Source: Paenacidovorax caeni (GTDB taxonomy: Bacteria; Pseudomonadota; Gammaproteobacteria; Burkholderiales; Burkholderiaceae_C). Taken from it: DNA of 60,991 nucleotides. The notes under the pieces are model-generated. The model did not search any database, was not told the origin of the DNA, and was given only the letters and a program-made list of their open reading frames with translations. The translations under genes were made by a program, and so were the position numbers. Location: positions 1 through 60,991 of the forward strand of contig CALRTF020000001.1 in the NCBI GenBank assembly GCA_943370985.1, read 5' to 3'. Every line of letters begins with the position of its first letter. Position 1 is the stretch's first letter. Below are positions 15,155 to 25,279 of this stretch, one piece after another.

Positions 15155-17926
15155 GTGGAAAACAACCCCTCTCTTTTTGCAGCCGCGGCGCTGGAGTCCC
15201 CTGTCGATCTGGCTGCGGCCCTGGCACTGCCGGCCACATCCGGCCACTTTGACGAGTTGCACGGCCGCACCCTGGACAAGCCTGCGCCGCTGGCGATCCA
15301 GAGCCAGCAGCAGAGCCAGTCCTCGCTGCATCTGGCAGGCACCGCGCCGGCCACAGCCGCGCCTGACGCCACGTCCTCGCCCGAGCTGCAGGCCCGGCTG
15401 GCGCCCGACTGGCACCGCTTTTTCAACTTCCTGGGTGGTGAAGGCTTCGAGGACCTGGACCACCGCGCCGCCAACCTGCGCCGGCAAATCCGCGACAACG
15501 GCGTCACCTACAACGTGTATGCCGATGCCGACGGCCCGCAACGCCCCTGGTCGCTGGATTTGTTCCCGCTGGTGCTGTCGGCCAGTGACTGGGCGCAGAT
15601 TTCCGTCGGCGTGAGCCAGCGCGCGCGCCTGCTGGACCGCATCATGGCCGACGTCTACGGCCCGCAGCAGCTGCTCTCGCTGGGCCTGCTGCCGACGGCA
15701 CTGGTGCAGGGCCATCCCGGCTACCTTCGCGCCATGCACGGCGTGTTGCCGGCCGGCGGCACCTTTTTGCACATTGCCGCCTTCGACCTGGCGCGCGGCC
15801 CCGACGGGCGCTGGTGGGTGGTGTCGCAACGCACGCAGGCGCCGTCGGGCCTGGGCTATCTGCTGGAGAACCGGCTGGCGATCTCGCGCCTGTTCCCGCA
15901 GGCCTTCCGCGAGATGAAGGTCCAGGGCCTGGCCGCCTCCTACAAGGCGCTGATCGACGGCATGAAGGCGCACAGCCCGGCCGGCACCGGCGCCACCGAC
16001 AAACGCATCGTGCTGCTGACACCCGGGCCTTACAACGAAACCTATTTCGAACACGCCTACCTGGCGCGTTACCTCGGCCTGACCCTGGTCGAGGGCAGCG
16101 ACCTGCTGGTGCGCGACAACCGGCTTTACCTCAAGACCCTGCAGGGCCTGGAGCCGGTGCACGGGCTGCTCAAACGGCTGGACGACGAGTTTCTCGACCC
16201 GCTGGAGCTGCGTTCCGACTCCACACTGGGCGTGCCCGGCCTGTTGCAGGCGATACGCGCCGGCAATGTGCTGGTGGCCAACGCGCCGGGCTCGGCCTTC
16301 CTCGAATCGAGTGCGCTGCTCGGCTTCCTGCCGGCCCTGTCGCGGCATTTGCTGGACGAGCCGCTGGCCCTGCCCTCGCTGGCCACCTGGTGGTGCGGCG
16401 AGCAGGCTGCGCTGCAGGAAGTACTGCCGCTGCTGAAAGATTGCGTCATCAAGGGCACTTACCCCGGCTCCGGCATTGACTCGGTGATTGCGCAGACCCT
16501 GTCGCGCCGCCAGCTCGACGAATGGGCGGGACGGCTGCTGCGGCGCAGCGACGACTACACGGTGCAGGCCTATCTGCCGCTGTCACAGACACCCACCTGG
16601 CACGGCAACCGGCTGGCGCCGCGTTCGGCCATGCTGCGTGTCTTCGCGGTGGCCGACGGCAACGGGTCCTGGCAGGTGCTGCCCGGCGGGCTGGCGCGGC
16701 TGGCCGGCCCCAACGACAAGATCGCCTCCATGCAGCAGGGCGGCAGCAGCGCCGACGTCTGGGCCCTGGGCGCGCCCGAGGCCGGCCATGCACCGCCTGC
16801 GGCAGATGTTTCCGGCAAACGCGGCGCCGCGCACGACAGCGCTGCCGAACCGGGAGCACCGGCCCGCGCCGCCAGCCTGAGCCGCCACAAGCCGCCGGTG
16901 ACCAGCCGGGCTGCGGAAAACCTGTTCTGGCTGGGCCGCTATACCGAACGCACCGAAAACGCGATCCGGCTGGCGCAGCTCACGCTGCAATCCCTGAGCG
17001 GCGAAGACCAGTCGTCCCGGCCGCTGCTGGCCTGGCTGTCGGAAATGACCGTCAAGAACGGGCTGGTGCTGGACTCCGTGCCGCCGGCCACGCAGGCGCG
17101 CCGTGTGTTCGAGCGCTCGCTGATCGCCAGCCTGGCCGATACCGGGCAGGCCGCCAGCGTGGGCTACAACCTGCGCGCGCTCAAGGGCGCGGCCTCGGCG
17201 GTGCGCGAGCGCCTGTCGCAGGAACAGTGGCATGTGATCGTGCGCGCCGAGGAAGATTTTTTCCGCCGCTGCGAGGCCTTCAGCGGTCCCGACCACCCGG
17301 CCGCACAGGCGCTGGAATATTCATCGGTCGAGGCGCTGCATGCGCTGGAATCGGCCAGCAGCTTCCTGGCTGCCATGACCGGCGCGCAAACCGACCGCAT
17401 GACACGTGACGACGGCTGGCGCCTGCTCAGCACCGGCCGCCACATCGAACGCCTGAACACGCTGGCCGCCGCACTGGTGCTCGGTTTTGAAACCGGCGCG
17501 GTGCACGACGAAGCCGGCTTCGGCGCCATCGTCGCGCTGTTCGACAGCACCATCACCTTCCACGCCCAGTACCAGCAGCAGCGCGACGTGCCGGCGCTGC
17601 TGGACCTGCTGGTGTTCGACCGCGACAACCCGCGCTCGCTCGGCTGGGTGGTGCAAACCCTGAGCGGCCGGCTCGCGCGCCTGGCCGAAAACACGGTGGG
17701 CGCGCCGCAGCCGGTGCCCGACCTGACGCCCGGCCTGCCGGACCCCGGCGCCTGGCAGATGGAGGAGCTGTACACGCCCGACCCGCGCCTGCCGGAAGAC
17801 CAGCGTTATGAGGGCCTGCTGCTGCGGCTGGAACAATGCTGCAACGCCGCCTTCGGGCTGTCGGACACGCTGAGCCGGCGTTACTTCAGCCATGTGTCGG
17901 CCGACGAACACAGCCTGGGCGCCTGA
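15155..17926 (+). CDS. Circularly permuted ATP-grasp plus alpha-E fusion protein
   Basis: RTQAPSGLGY, PGPYNETYFEH and SMQQGGSSAD, then ENLFWLGRYTERTE and GRHIER. Confidence 0.92.
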   Translation: MENNPSLFAAAALESPVDLAAALALPATSGHFDELHGRTLDKPAPLAIQSQQQSQSSLHLAGTAPATAAPDATSSPELQARLAPDWHRFFNFLGGEGFEDLDHRAANLRRQIRDNGVTYNVYADADGPQRPWSLDLFPLVLSASDWAQISVGVSQRARLLDRIMADVYGPQQLLSLGLLPTALVQGHPGYLRAMHGVLPAGGTFLHIAAFDLARGPDGRWWVVSQRTQAPSGLGYLLENRLAISRLFPQAFREMKVQGLAASYKALIDGMKAHSPAGTGATDKRIVLLTPGPYNETYFEHAYLARYLGLTLVEGSDLLVRDNRLYLKTLQGLEPVHGLLKRLDDEFLDPLELRSDSTLGVPGLLQAIRAGNVLVANAPGSAFLESSALLGFLPALSRHLLDEPLALPSLATWWCGEQAALQEVLPLLKDCVIKGTYPGSGIDSVIAQTLSRRQLDEWAGRLLRRSDDYTVQAYLPLSQTPTWHGNRLAPRSAMLRVFAVADGNGSWQVLPGGLARLAGPNDKIASMQQGGSSADVWALGAPEAGHAPPAADVSGKRGAAHDSAAEPGAPARAASLSRHKPPVTSRAAENLFWLGRYTERTENAIRLAQLTLQSLSGEDQSSRPLLAWLSEMTVKNGLVLDSVPPATQARRVFERSLIASLADTGQAASVGYNLRALKGAASAVRERLSQEQWHVIVRAEEDFFRRCEAFSGPDHPAAQALEYSSVEALHALESASSFLAAMTGAQTDRMTRDDGWRLLSTGRHIERLNTLAAALVLGFETGAVHDEAGFGAIVALFDSTITFHAQYQQQRDVPALLDLLVFDRDNPRSLGWVVQTLSGRLARLAENTVGAPQPVPDLTPGLPDPGAWQMEELYTPDPRLPEDQRYEGLLLRLEQCCNAAFGLSDTLSRRYFSHVSADEHSLGA

Positions 17927-17974
17927 GACGGCCTGCGCAAGCGCCCTGCCCCGCTTTTTTTTGCCCTGACGCCC

Positions 17975-18904
17975 ATGCTGCTCCACCTGGTCCACGAAAC
18001 ACGTTACGCCTACAGCCCGACGGTGGAAAGCGCCCACCATGTGCTGCACCTGCGCCCGGCCAGCCATGCCGGCCAGGAGTTGCTCAGCCATTCGCTGACC
18101 ATCCACCCGCTGCCGGCGCAAATCCACGACCTGCCTGACGTCTACGGCAACACACGGACCTTTTTTTCGCTGCACACGCCGCACGAGCAGTTGACGGTGA
18201 CCGCGGAAAGCATGGTCTCCACGCTGGCGATCCCCGAGGTCGCGCAGCGGGGCGCCGGCCTGCCCTGGGAGCAGGTGCGCGAGCAGTTCCGCTACCAGGC
18301 CGGCGCTGCCTACGACAGCGCCTGCGAATTTGTCTTCGCCTCGCCTTATGTGCCGCGTGACGAGGCTTTTGCCGAATTCGCCCGGCCCAGCTTTGCGCCG
18401 GGACGGCCCCTGCCGGAAGCCGCGCAGCACCTGATGGAGCGCATCCACAGCGAGATGACTTACGAAAGCGACAGCACCGAGGTCGGCACACCGGCGCTGG
18501 AAGCGCTGCAGCTACGCAAGGGCGTGTGCCAGGACTTTGCCCACATCATGGTCGCCTGCTGCCGCTCCATGGGTGTGCCGGCGCGTTACGTCAGCGGCTA
18601 CCTGCTGACCAACCCGCCGCCTGGCCAACCGCGCCTGATCGGCAGCGACGCCTCGCATGCCTGGGCCTCGGTCTACTGTCCCATGGCCAGCGATGCCGGC
18701 GGCATGCGGCTGGCCGACGGGCAGAACCCCGGCGTCTGGCTGGACTTCGACCCGACCAACAAGCGCGCGCCCGGCGAAGACTATGTGACCCTGGCCACCG
18801 GCCGCGACTTCCTCGACGTCTCGCCGATGCGCGGCGTGATCCGCGGCGGCGCCCGCCATGTGCTGGACGTTGCCGTGACGGTGACGCCGGTCGAGTCCGA
18901 ATAA
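17975..18904 (+). CDS. Transglutaminase-like protein
   Basis: HETRYAY; GVCQDFAH, ARYVSGY, SHAWASV and WLDFDPT motifs. Confidence 0.93.
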   Translation: MLLHLVHETRYAYSPTVESAHHVLHLRPASHAGQELLSHSLTIHPLPAQIHDLPDVYGNTRTFFSLHTPHEQLTVTAESMVSTLAIPEVAQRGAGLPWEQVREQFRYQAGAAYDSACEFVFASPYVPRDEAFAEFARPSFAPGRPLPEAAQHLMERIHSEMTYESDSTEVGTPALEALQLRKGVCQDFAHIMVACCRSMGVPARYVSGYLLTNPPPGQPRLIGSDASHAWASVYCPMASDAGGMRLADGQNPGVWLDFDPTNKRAPGEDYVTLATGRDFLDVSPMRGVIRGGARHVLDVAVTVTPVESE

Positions 18905-18940
18905 GCGGCTTTAGAATCGGCGCTGGGCGGCCCTGCAGGC

Positions 18941-18994
18941 GCTCCTGTTTTTATAGCTGCCTGGGCCCGCCAGCCGGGAGCTGGAGACCTTTTT
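18941..18994 (+). repeat. 54-bp motif, copy D (intergenic)
   Basis: GCT-CCTGTTTTT-ATAGCT-N21-GCTGGAGACC-TTTTT. Confidence 0.8.
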
Positions 18995-19020
18995 CATCAT
19001 CAACCCGCAGCCATTTGCCG

Positions 19021-19040
19021 TTTCAGGAGAACCCCATGAG
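19021..19040 (+). repeat. 20-bp exact direct repeat covering RBS and start, copy 1
   Basis: TTTCAGGAGAACCCCATGAG, identical to 19831-19850. Confidence 0.85.
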
Positions 19041-19500
19041 CACGAGCCCGATTTACGACAAACTCAAGGCGCTGGACATCACCCTGCCGCCCGTCGCCAC
19101 GCCTGCGGCCGCCTACCTGCCCTTTGTGCAGACCGGGCAACTGGTGTTCCTCAGCGGGCACATCGCCAAAAAAGACGGCAAGGCCTGGGTCGGCCAGCTC
19201 GGCAAAACCATGACGACCGATGAAGGCAAAGCGGCGGCGCGCGCGATCGCCATCGACCTGATGGGCACGCTGCACGCAGCGGTCGGCGACCTCGGCAAGG
19301 TCAAACGCATCGTCAAGCTGATGAGCCTGGTCAACTCGACCGGCGACTTCACCGAGCAGCACCTGGTCACCAACGGCGCCAGCGAACTGTTGGCCGAGGT
19401 GTTCGGCCCGGCCGGCACCCATGCCCGCAGCGCTTTCGGTGTGGCGCAAATCCCCATGGGCGCCTGCGTCGAGATCGAGCTGATTGCCGAACTGGCCTGA
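19036..19500 (+). CDS. RidA/YjgF family protein
   Basis: PAAAYLP, FLSGH, HARSAFG and ACVEIELI motifs; AGGAG RBS. Confidence 0.9.
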   Translation: MSTSPIYDKLKALDITLPPVATPAAAYLPFVQTGQLVFLSGHIAKKDGKAWVGQLGKTMTTDEGKAAARAIAIDLMGTLHAAVGDLGKVKRIVKLMSLVNSTGDFTEQHLVTNGASELLAEVFGPAGTHARSAFGVAQIPMGACVEIELIAELA

Positions 19501-19590
19501 CCACGGTCCGCGCTTCGCAGGCGGTCAAGCCGGCGACAACCAGCGCCTTTACAGGCTTTAAAATCCATTCGTCCCCGAAGCAATTCGGGG

Positions 19591-19743
19591 CAGCGTTCTC
19601 AGGGCGGGGCGAAATTCCCCACCGGCGGTGTTTGCGTGAAAACGCATCAGCCCGCGAGCGCCCGGCTTCTTTCTGGAAGCCGGGGTCAGCAGATTCGGTT
19701 CAACTCCGAAGCCGACGGTCACAGTCCGGATGAAAGAGAGCGC
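19591..19743 (+). ncRNA. FMN riboswitch (RFN element)
   Basis: TCAGGGCGGGGCGAAATTCCCCACCGGCGGT, AGCCCGCGAGCG, GTCAGCAGAT and GCCGACGGTCACAGTCCGGATGAAAGAG blocks upstream of lumazine synthase. Confidence 0.95.
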
Positions 19744-19830
19744 GAGGTCCATGGCTGCGCCGTGGGCCGGTGCCTGCGCGCCGGCCTGGCGTGGCCACCG
19801 GCTCGTGCGCCCTGATTTCCGGTCACCCGT

Positions 19831-19850
19831 TTTCAGGAGAACCCCATGAG
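19831..19850 (+). repeat. 20-bp exact direct repeat covering RBS and start, copy 2
   Basis: TTTCAGGAGAACCCCATGAG. Confidence 0.85.
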
Positions 19851-20346
19851 TCAGAGAGATCCCCAGGCGACCACCTTGCCGCAGCAACATCCCCCACGCT
19901 TTTGCTTCATCCAGGCCGGCTGGCACGCCGACATCGTCAACCAGGGCCGCGATGCCTTTCTGGCCGAGATGACGCGGCTGGGCGTGCCTCAGCAGGACAT
20001 CGACCTGCTGGAGGTGCCTGGCGCCTTCGAGATCCCGCTGCACGCGCAACAGCTGGCGCGGTCCGGGCGCTACGCCGGCATCGTGGCCTGCGGCCTGGTG
20101 GTGGACGGCGGCATCTATCGCCATGAGTTCGTGGCCGACGCCGTGATCAGCGGCCTGATGCGCGTGCAGCTCGATACCGGCGTGCCGGTTTTTTCGGCGG
20201 TGCTGACGCCCCATCATTTCCACGAGCACGAAGAACATCGCCGCTTCTTCAGCGCGCACTTTGTGCTCAAGGGCACCGAGGTCGCGCAGGCCTGCGTCAA
20301 AACCGTCACGGCCCTGCGGCAACTGGCCGGGCTGGCAGCGGCCTGA
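19846..20346 (+). CDS. ribH: 6,7-dimethyl-8-ribityllumazine synthase, type II (RibH2-like)
   Basis: WHADIV, VPGAFEIP, VVDGGIYRHEFV and VLTPHHF motifs. Confidence 0.92.
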   Translation: MSQRDPQATTLPQQHPPRFCFIQAGWHADIVNQGRDAFLAEMTRLGVPQQDIDLLEVPGAFEIPLHAQQLARSGRYAGIVACGLVVDGGIYRHEFVADAVISGLMRVQLDTGVPVFSAVLTPHHFHEHEEHRRFFSAHFVLKGTEVAQACVKTVTALRQLAGLAAA

Positions 20347-20389
20347 GCCCGGCCTGCGAACTCGCGCGAAGCACTTCTGCGCAGGGAAG

Positions 20390-20417
20390 GCCCTTCGACA
20401 AGCTCAGGGCGAACGGT
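20390..20417. repeat. REP-like element, single arm
   Basis: CCCTTCGACAAGCTCAGGGCGAACGG between convergent genes; related to the inverted pair at 60621-60691. Confidence 0.7.
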
Positions 20418-20464
20418 CAAGTGGACGGTTGCCTCCCAGGCGCGTTCGCCCCGCGCCTGAGACC

Positions 20465-23089
20465 TCAGGCGCGTTCCGTCACCCAGGCCTGAACCGAAGC
20501 CAGCGCCGCCGGCAATTTCGAAGCATCGGTGCCGCCGGCCATGGCCATGTCGGCCTTGCCGCCGCCCTTGCCGCCGACCTGCTGGGCCACGAAGTTGACG
20601 AGTTCACCGGCTTTCACCTTGCCGACACTGTCGGCGGTCACGCCGGCGGCGATCTGCACCTTGTCGCCATCCACGGCGGCCAGCACGATGACCGCGGTCT
20701 TGAGCTTGTCCTTGAGCTTGTCCATGGTGTCGCGCAACGTCTTCGCGTCGGCGCCTTCGAGCTTCGCGGCCAGCACCTTGAGGCCCTTGATGTCCACCGC
20801 CTGGCTCATCAACTCGTCGCCCTGTGACGAAGCCAGCTTGCCCTTGAGCGCGGCGATTTCCTTTTCCAGCGTGCGGACCTGGTCCAGCACCTGGCCGATG
20901 CGGTGCTGCAGTTCGGTCGGGCTGGACTTGAGCGAAGCCGCCGCCGCCTGCATGCTGGATTCGAGCTCCTGCAGGTAAGCCAGCGCGTTCGCGCCGGTCA
21001 CCGCCTCGATACGCCGCACACCCGAAGCCACGCCAGCCTCGGCCACGATCTTGAACAGGCCGATGTCGCCGGTGCGGCCCACATGGGTACCGCCGCACAG
21101 CTCCTTGCTCGAGCCAATGCTGAGCACGCGCACCTCGTCGCCGTATTTCTCGCCGAACAGCATCATGGCGCCGGTCTTCTGCGCGGCCTCCATGTCCATC
21201 ACGCTGGCGTCGGTCGGCTCGTTGGCCAGGATCTCGGTATTGACACGCGCCTCAATCTCGCGGATCTGCTCGTCGGTCACCGGCGCGTTGTGGGCAAAGT
21301 CGAAACGTGTGCGTTCGGCGTTGACCAGGCTGCCCTTTTGCTGCACATGTTCGCCCAGCACTTCGCGCAAGGCCTTGTGCATCAAATGGGTGGCGCTGTG
21401 GTTGCGCACGGTGGCGGCGCGGCGCGCGGTGTCCACGCGGGCCAGCACCGTGTCGCCGACTTTCAGTGTGCCTTCGCTTTGCATCCCGTGGTGACCGAAC
21501 ACACCGGCCTTGATCTTTTGCGTGTCCTCGACGCCGAACAACACACCTTCGGCGCTCAGCGTGCCCTGGTCGCCGACCTGGCCGCCGCTTTCGGCGTAAA
21601 ACGGCGTGCTGCCCAGCACCACCACACCCGCCTGGCCTGCACTGAGCGCCGGCACGGCCACGCCGTCGGCATACAGCGCCACCACTTTGGCAGGTTCCTC
21701 GAGGATCTCGTAACCGGTGAAGCCATTGATCTCGCCGCTGTAATCGAGCGCGCGGTCCATCCTGAACTTGCCGGCGGCGCGCGCCTGGTTCTTCTGCCGG
21801 TCCATGGCGGCGGTGAAGCCGGCCTCATCGACCTCGACGCCACGTTCGCGGCAGACGTCGGCCGACAGGTCCAGCGGAAAGCCGTAGGTGTCGTGCAACT
21901 TGAAGGCGACGTCGCCGGGCAGCACTTTCGCGCCACCAGCCAGCGCCGTGTCAAGAATCGTCATGCCAATTTCAAGGGTTTCGAAGAAGCGTTCTTCCTC
22001 GGCCTTGAGCACGGCCGTGATGCGCGCCTCGTCGGTCTTGAGCCTCGGATAGGCGTCCCCCATCAACCTGGCCAGATCGGCCACCAGCTTGTGGAAAAAC
22101 GGTGTCTTTTTGCCGAGCTTGTAGCCATGGCGGATCGCGCGGCGGATGATGCGGCGCTGCACATAACCGCGGCCTTCGTTGGACGGATTGACGCCGTCGC
22201 TGACCAGGAAGGCGGTGGCGCGGATGTGGTCGGCAATCACCCGCAGGGACTTGTTGTCCAGGTCTTTCTCGCCGGTCTCGCGCGCCGCGGCCTTGATCAG
22301 CGCATCGAAAATGTCGATTTCATAATTGCTGTGCACATGCTGCAGGATGGCGGCCAGGCGCTCCAGGCCCATGCCGGTGTCCACGCAGGGGGCGGGCAGT
22401 TTGGTGACGCTGCCGTCGGCCGCCATGTCGAACTGCATGAACACGTTGTTCCAGATCTCGATGAAACGGTCGCCGTCTTCGTCCGGACTGCCGGGCGGGC
22501 CGCCCGGGATGTGCGCGCCGTGGTCGTAGAAGATTTCGCTGCAGGGACCGCAGGGGCCGGTGTCGGCCATCATCCAGAAGTTGTCGGACTTGTAGCGCCC
22601 GCCCTTGTTGTCGCCGATGCGGATCACGCGCTCGGGTGGCAGGCCGATCTCTTTGGTCCAGATGTCGTAGGCCTCGTCGTCCTCTTCATACACGGTGGCC
22701 AGCAGGCGCTCGGGCGGCAGCTTGTAGACCTCGGTCAGCAGTTCCCAGGCCCACTTCAGCGATTCGCGCTTGAAGTAGTCGCCAAAGCTCCAGTTGCCCA
22801 GCATCTCGAAAAAGGTGTGGTGGCGCGCGGTGTAACCGACGTTTTCCAGGTCGTTGTGTTTGCCGCCGGCACGCAGGCAGGCCTGCACCGAGGCCGCACG
22901 CACATAAGGGCGTTTGTCGGAGCCGAGGAACACGTCCTTGAACTGAACCATGCCCGAGTTGGTGAACATCAGGGTCGGGTCGTTGCCCGGTACCAGTGAA
23001 CTCGAGGCCACCACGGTATGCCCCTTGGACGCGAAAAAGTCCAGAAAGCTCTTGCGGATATCGGCGACGGTGAAAGTGGGTGTGCTCAT
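20465..23089 (-). CDS. alaS: Alanine--tRNA ligase
   Basis: [26 protein letters not shown] and ELCGGTH editing motifs, C-terminal GGKGGG. Confidence 0.98.
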   Translation of the reverse strand: MSTPTFTVADIRKSFLDFFASKGHTVVASSSLVPGNDPTLMFTNSGMVQFKDVFLGSDKRPYVRAASVQACLRAGGKHNDLENVGYTARHHTFFEMLGNWSFGDYFKRESLKWAWELLTEVYKLPPERLLATVYEEDDEAYDIWTKEIGLPPERVIRIGDNKGGRYKSDNFWMMADTGPCGPCSEIFYDHGAHIPGGPPGSPDEDGDRFIEIWNNVFMQFDMAADGSVTKLPAPCVDTGMGLERLAAILQHVHSNYEIDIFDALIKAAARETGEKDLDNKSLRVIADHIRATAFLVSDGVNPSNEGRGYVQRRIIRRAIRHGYKLGKKTPFFHKLVADLARLMGDAYPRLKTDEARITAVLKAEEERFFETLEIGMTILDTALAGGAKVLPGDVAFKLHDTYGFPLDLSADVCRERGVEVDEAGFTAAMDRQKNQARAAGKFRMDRALDYSGEINGFTGYEILEEPAKVVALYADGVAVPALSAGQAGVVVLGSTPFYAESGGQVGDQGTLSAEGVLFGVEDTQKIKAGVFGHHGMQSEGTLKVGDTVLARVDTARRAATVRNHSATHLMHKALREVLGEHVQQKGSLVNAERTRFDFAHNAPVTDEQIREIEARVNTEILANEPTDASVMDMEAAQKTGAMMLFGEKYGDEVRVLSIGSSKELCGGTHVGRTGDIGLFKIVAEAGVASGVRRIEAVTGANALAYLQELESSMQAAAASLKSSPTELQHRIGQVLDQVRTLEKEIAALKGKLASSQGDELMSQAVDIKGLKVLAAKLEGADAKTLRDTMDKLKDKLKTAVIVLAAVDGDKVQIAAGVTADSVGKVKAGELVNFVAQQVGGKGGGKADMAMAGGTDASKLPAALASVQAWVTERA

Positions 23090-23308
23090 GGTGTGTGGGT
23101 TGCTGGTGGGGCCGGCGCCGGCGGGCCTGCAGCCCGAAGCGGCCGACCGCACCGTGGATGCTCGATTTGCCTAGCCTTCGATTATAAGTTTGCGCCTGCC
23201 CTCAGGCCGGACCGCTGCGCAAACCCGTCACAGGCGCTATGCTTGCAGGCTGTGCCCACCGGCCGCCTGGCATCCCGTTCGCAGGCGGCGCATCTGAAAG
23301 ACACCCTC

Positions 23309-24781
23309 ATGGACATGAAAACCTCCCCACTCGCATTGCTCAAAGACCCGACCTTGCTCAAGACCGACGCCCTGATCAACGGCCAGTGGCTCAAGGGCAG
23401 CTCGCGTTTCGACGTCAACGATCCCTCGACCGGCATAAAAATCGCCGATGTGGCCAACCTGGGCGCCAAAGACGCTGAAGACGCGATTTCCGCCGCCAAC
23501 GCCGCCTGGCCGGCCTGGCGCAGCAAAACCGGCAAGGAGCGCCACGCCATCCTGCTCAAGTGGTACCAGCTGCTGATGGCCAATGTCGAGGACCTGGGCC
23601 GCATCATGACCGCCGAACAGGGCAAACCGTTTGCCGAGGCGAAAGGCGAAGTCACCTACGGCGCCAGTTTTGTCGAGTGGTATGCCGAGGAAGCCAAACG
23701 GGTCAACGGCGAAACCCTGCCCCAGTTCGACAACAACCGCCGCCTGATGGTCCTGAAGCAGCCGATCGGCGTCTGCGCCGCCATCACGCCCTGGAACTTC
23801 CCGCTGGCCATGATCACCCGCAAGGTCGCGCCGGCACTGGCCGCCGGCTGCCCGGTGGTCATCAAACCGGCCGAACTCACGCCGCTGACCGCGCTGGCCG
23901 CGGCCGAGCTGGCCATGCGCGCCGGCATTCCGCCGGGGGTGCTCAATGTGCTGACCACCGACGAAAGCGCGGCTGTCGGCAAGGTCTTCTGCGCCAGCGA
24001 CACGGTGCGCCACATCAGTTTCACCGGCTCGACCGAAGTCGGCCGCATCCTGATGGCGCAAAGCGCGCCCTCGATCAAGAAGCTGGCCCTCGAATTGGGC
24101 GGCAACGCGCCCTTCATCGTGTTCGACGACGCCGACATCGACTCGGCCGTTGAAGGTGCCATGGCCAGCAAGTACCGCAATGCCGGCCAGACCTGCGTCT
24201 GCGCCAACCGCATTTATGTGCAGGACGGCGTGTACGACCAGTTTGTCGAGAAGTTCGCGGCCAAGGTCAAGGGACTCAAGGTCGGCAACGGCTTCGAGGA
24301 CGGCGTGGTGCAGGGCCCCCTGATCGAGGACTCGGCTGTCGACAAGGTCCAGCGCCATGTGGACGACGCGATCGCCAAGGGCGGCAAGCTGCTGGCCGGC
24401 GGCCACCGCATGAAAGGCCAGTTCTTCGAGCCGACCGTGATTTCCGAAGCCACCGGCGACATGTTGTGCGCCCGTGAAGAAACCTTCGGTCCGTTTGCGC
24501 CGGTGTTCCGCTTCAAACACGAGCAGGAAGCGATTGATGCGGCCAACAACACCGAATTCGGTCTCGCCAGCTACTTCTACAGCCGCGACATCGGCCGCAT
24601 CTACCGCGTGGCCGAGGCACTCGAATACGGCATGGTTGGCATCAACGCCGGCGTGATCGCCACCGAACATGTGCCTTTTGGCGGCGTCAAGCAGTCGGGC
24701 CTGGGCCGCGAAGGCTCCAGCCACGGCATGGACGACTACCTCGAAATGAAATACCTGTGCCTCGGAGATATCCAGAAATGA
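23309..24781 (+). CDS. gabD: NAD(P)-dependent succinate-semialdehyde dehydrogenase
   Basis: ITPWNFP, FTGSTEVG, LELGGNAP, AGQTCVC and EETFGP motifs. Confidence 0.9.
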   Translation: MDMKTSPLALLKDPTLLKTDALINGQWLKGSSRFDVNDPSTGIKIADVANLGAKDAEDAISAANAAWPAWRSKTGKERHAILLKWYQLLMANVEDLGRIMTAEQGKPFAEAKGEVTYGASFVEWYAEEAKRVNGETLPQFDNNRRLMVLKQPIGVCAAITPWNFPLAMITRKVAPALAAGCPVVIKPAELTPLTALAAAELAMRAGIPPGVLNVLTTDESAAVGKVFCASDTVRHISFTGSTEVGRILMAQSAPSIKKLALELGGNAPFIVFDDADIDSAVEGAMASKYRNAGQTCVCANRIYVQDGVYDQFVEKFAAKVKGLKVGNGFEDGVVQGPLIEDSAVDKVQRHVDDAIAKGGKLLAGGHRMKGQFFEPTVISEATGDMLCAREETFGPFAPVFRFKHEQEAIDAANNTEFGLASYFYSRDIGRIYRVAEALEYGMVGINAGVIATEHVPFGGVKQSGLGREGSSHGMDDYLEMKYLCLGDIQK

Positions 24782-25230
24782 TGAACCGCAGACTGCTTCT
24801 CCAGGCCGGCCTGGCCGGCGCCGCCGCCTTGTCCGCTCCGTTTTTGATAGCTAGCCACGCTCAGGGGACGGGGGCTGGAGGCCAAAAACGCCACAAAATT
24901 GTGATCCAGATCAGCGACAACGACCCGGCCAAGTGGAATTTGGCGCTCAACAACGCCAAAAACCTGCAGGACGACGTGGGGGCCACCAATGTGGACATCG
25001 CCATCGTCGCCTACGGGCCCGGCATCGGCATGCTCAAGCTCGAGTCGCCGACCGGCTCGCGTGTTGCGGAGGCCATGAAAGCCAATGTGCGCGTGGTGGC
25101 CTGCGAAAACACCATGCGCGGCCAGAAGCTGGGCAAGGACGACATGTTGCCCGCGATCGCCTATGTGCCGGCCGGCGTGACGGAAATCATGAAAAAGCAG
25201 CAGGACGGCTGGGCCTACCTCCGGCCCTGA
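24778..25230 (+). CDS. DsrE-family protein with a twin-arginine signal peptide
   Basis: NRRLLL signal; VAYGPG, ACENT and GWAYLRP motifs; ATGA overlap with the gabD stop. Confidence 0.85.
   Translation: MMNRRLLLQAGLAGAAALSAPFLIASHAQGTGAGGQKRHKIVIQISDNDPAKWNLALNNAKNLQDDVGATNVDIAIVAYGPGIGMLKLESPTGSRVAEAMKANVRVVACENTMRGQKLGKDDMLPAIAYVPAGVTEIMKKQQDGWAYLRP
24835..24888 (+). repeat. 54-bp motif, copy E (in the DsrE signal-peptide region)
   Basis: GCT-CCGTTTTTG-ATAGCT-N21-GCTGGAGGCC-AAAAA. Confidence 0.82.
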
Positions 25231-25279
25231 GCGATTTTCCGGCGAACCGCCCGTGAGGTGGTTCTACAATCAAGGCCAT

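Noticed and set aside
13927-15507. 526-aa version of the orphan ORF
   Set aside because: The extension overlaps the ATP-grasp fusion gene; an RBS and ATG at 14901 fit better
17928-17963. T-run after the ATP-grasp fusion gene as a terminator
   Set aside because: No convincing stem before the T-run, and the next gene starts 12 bp later
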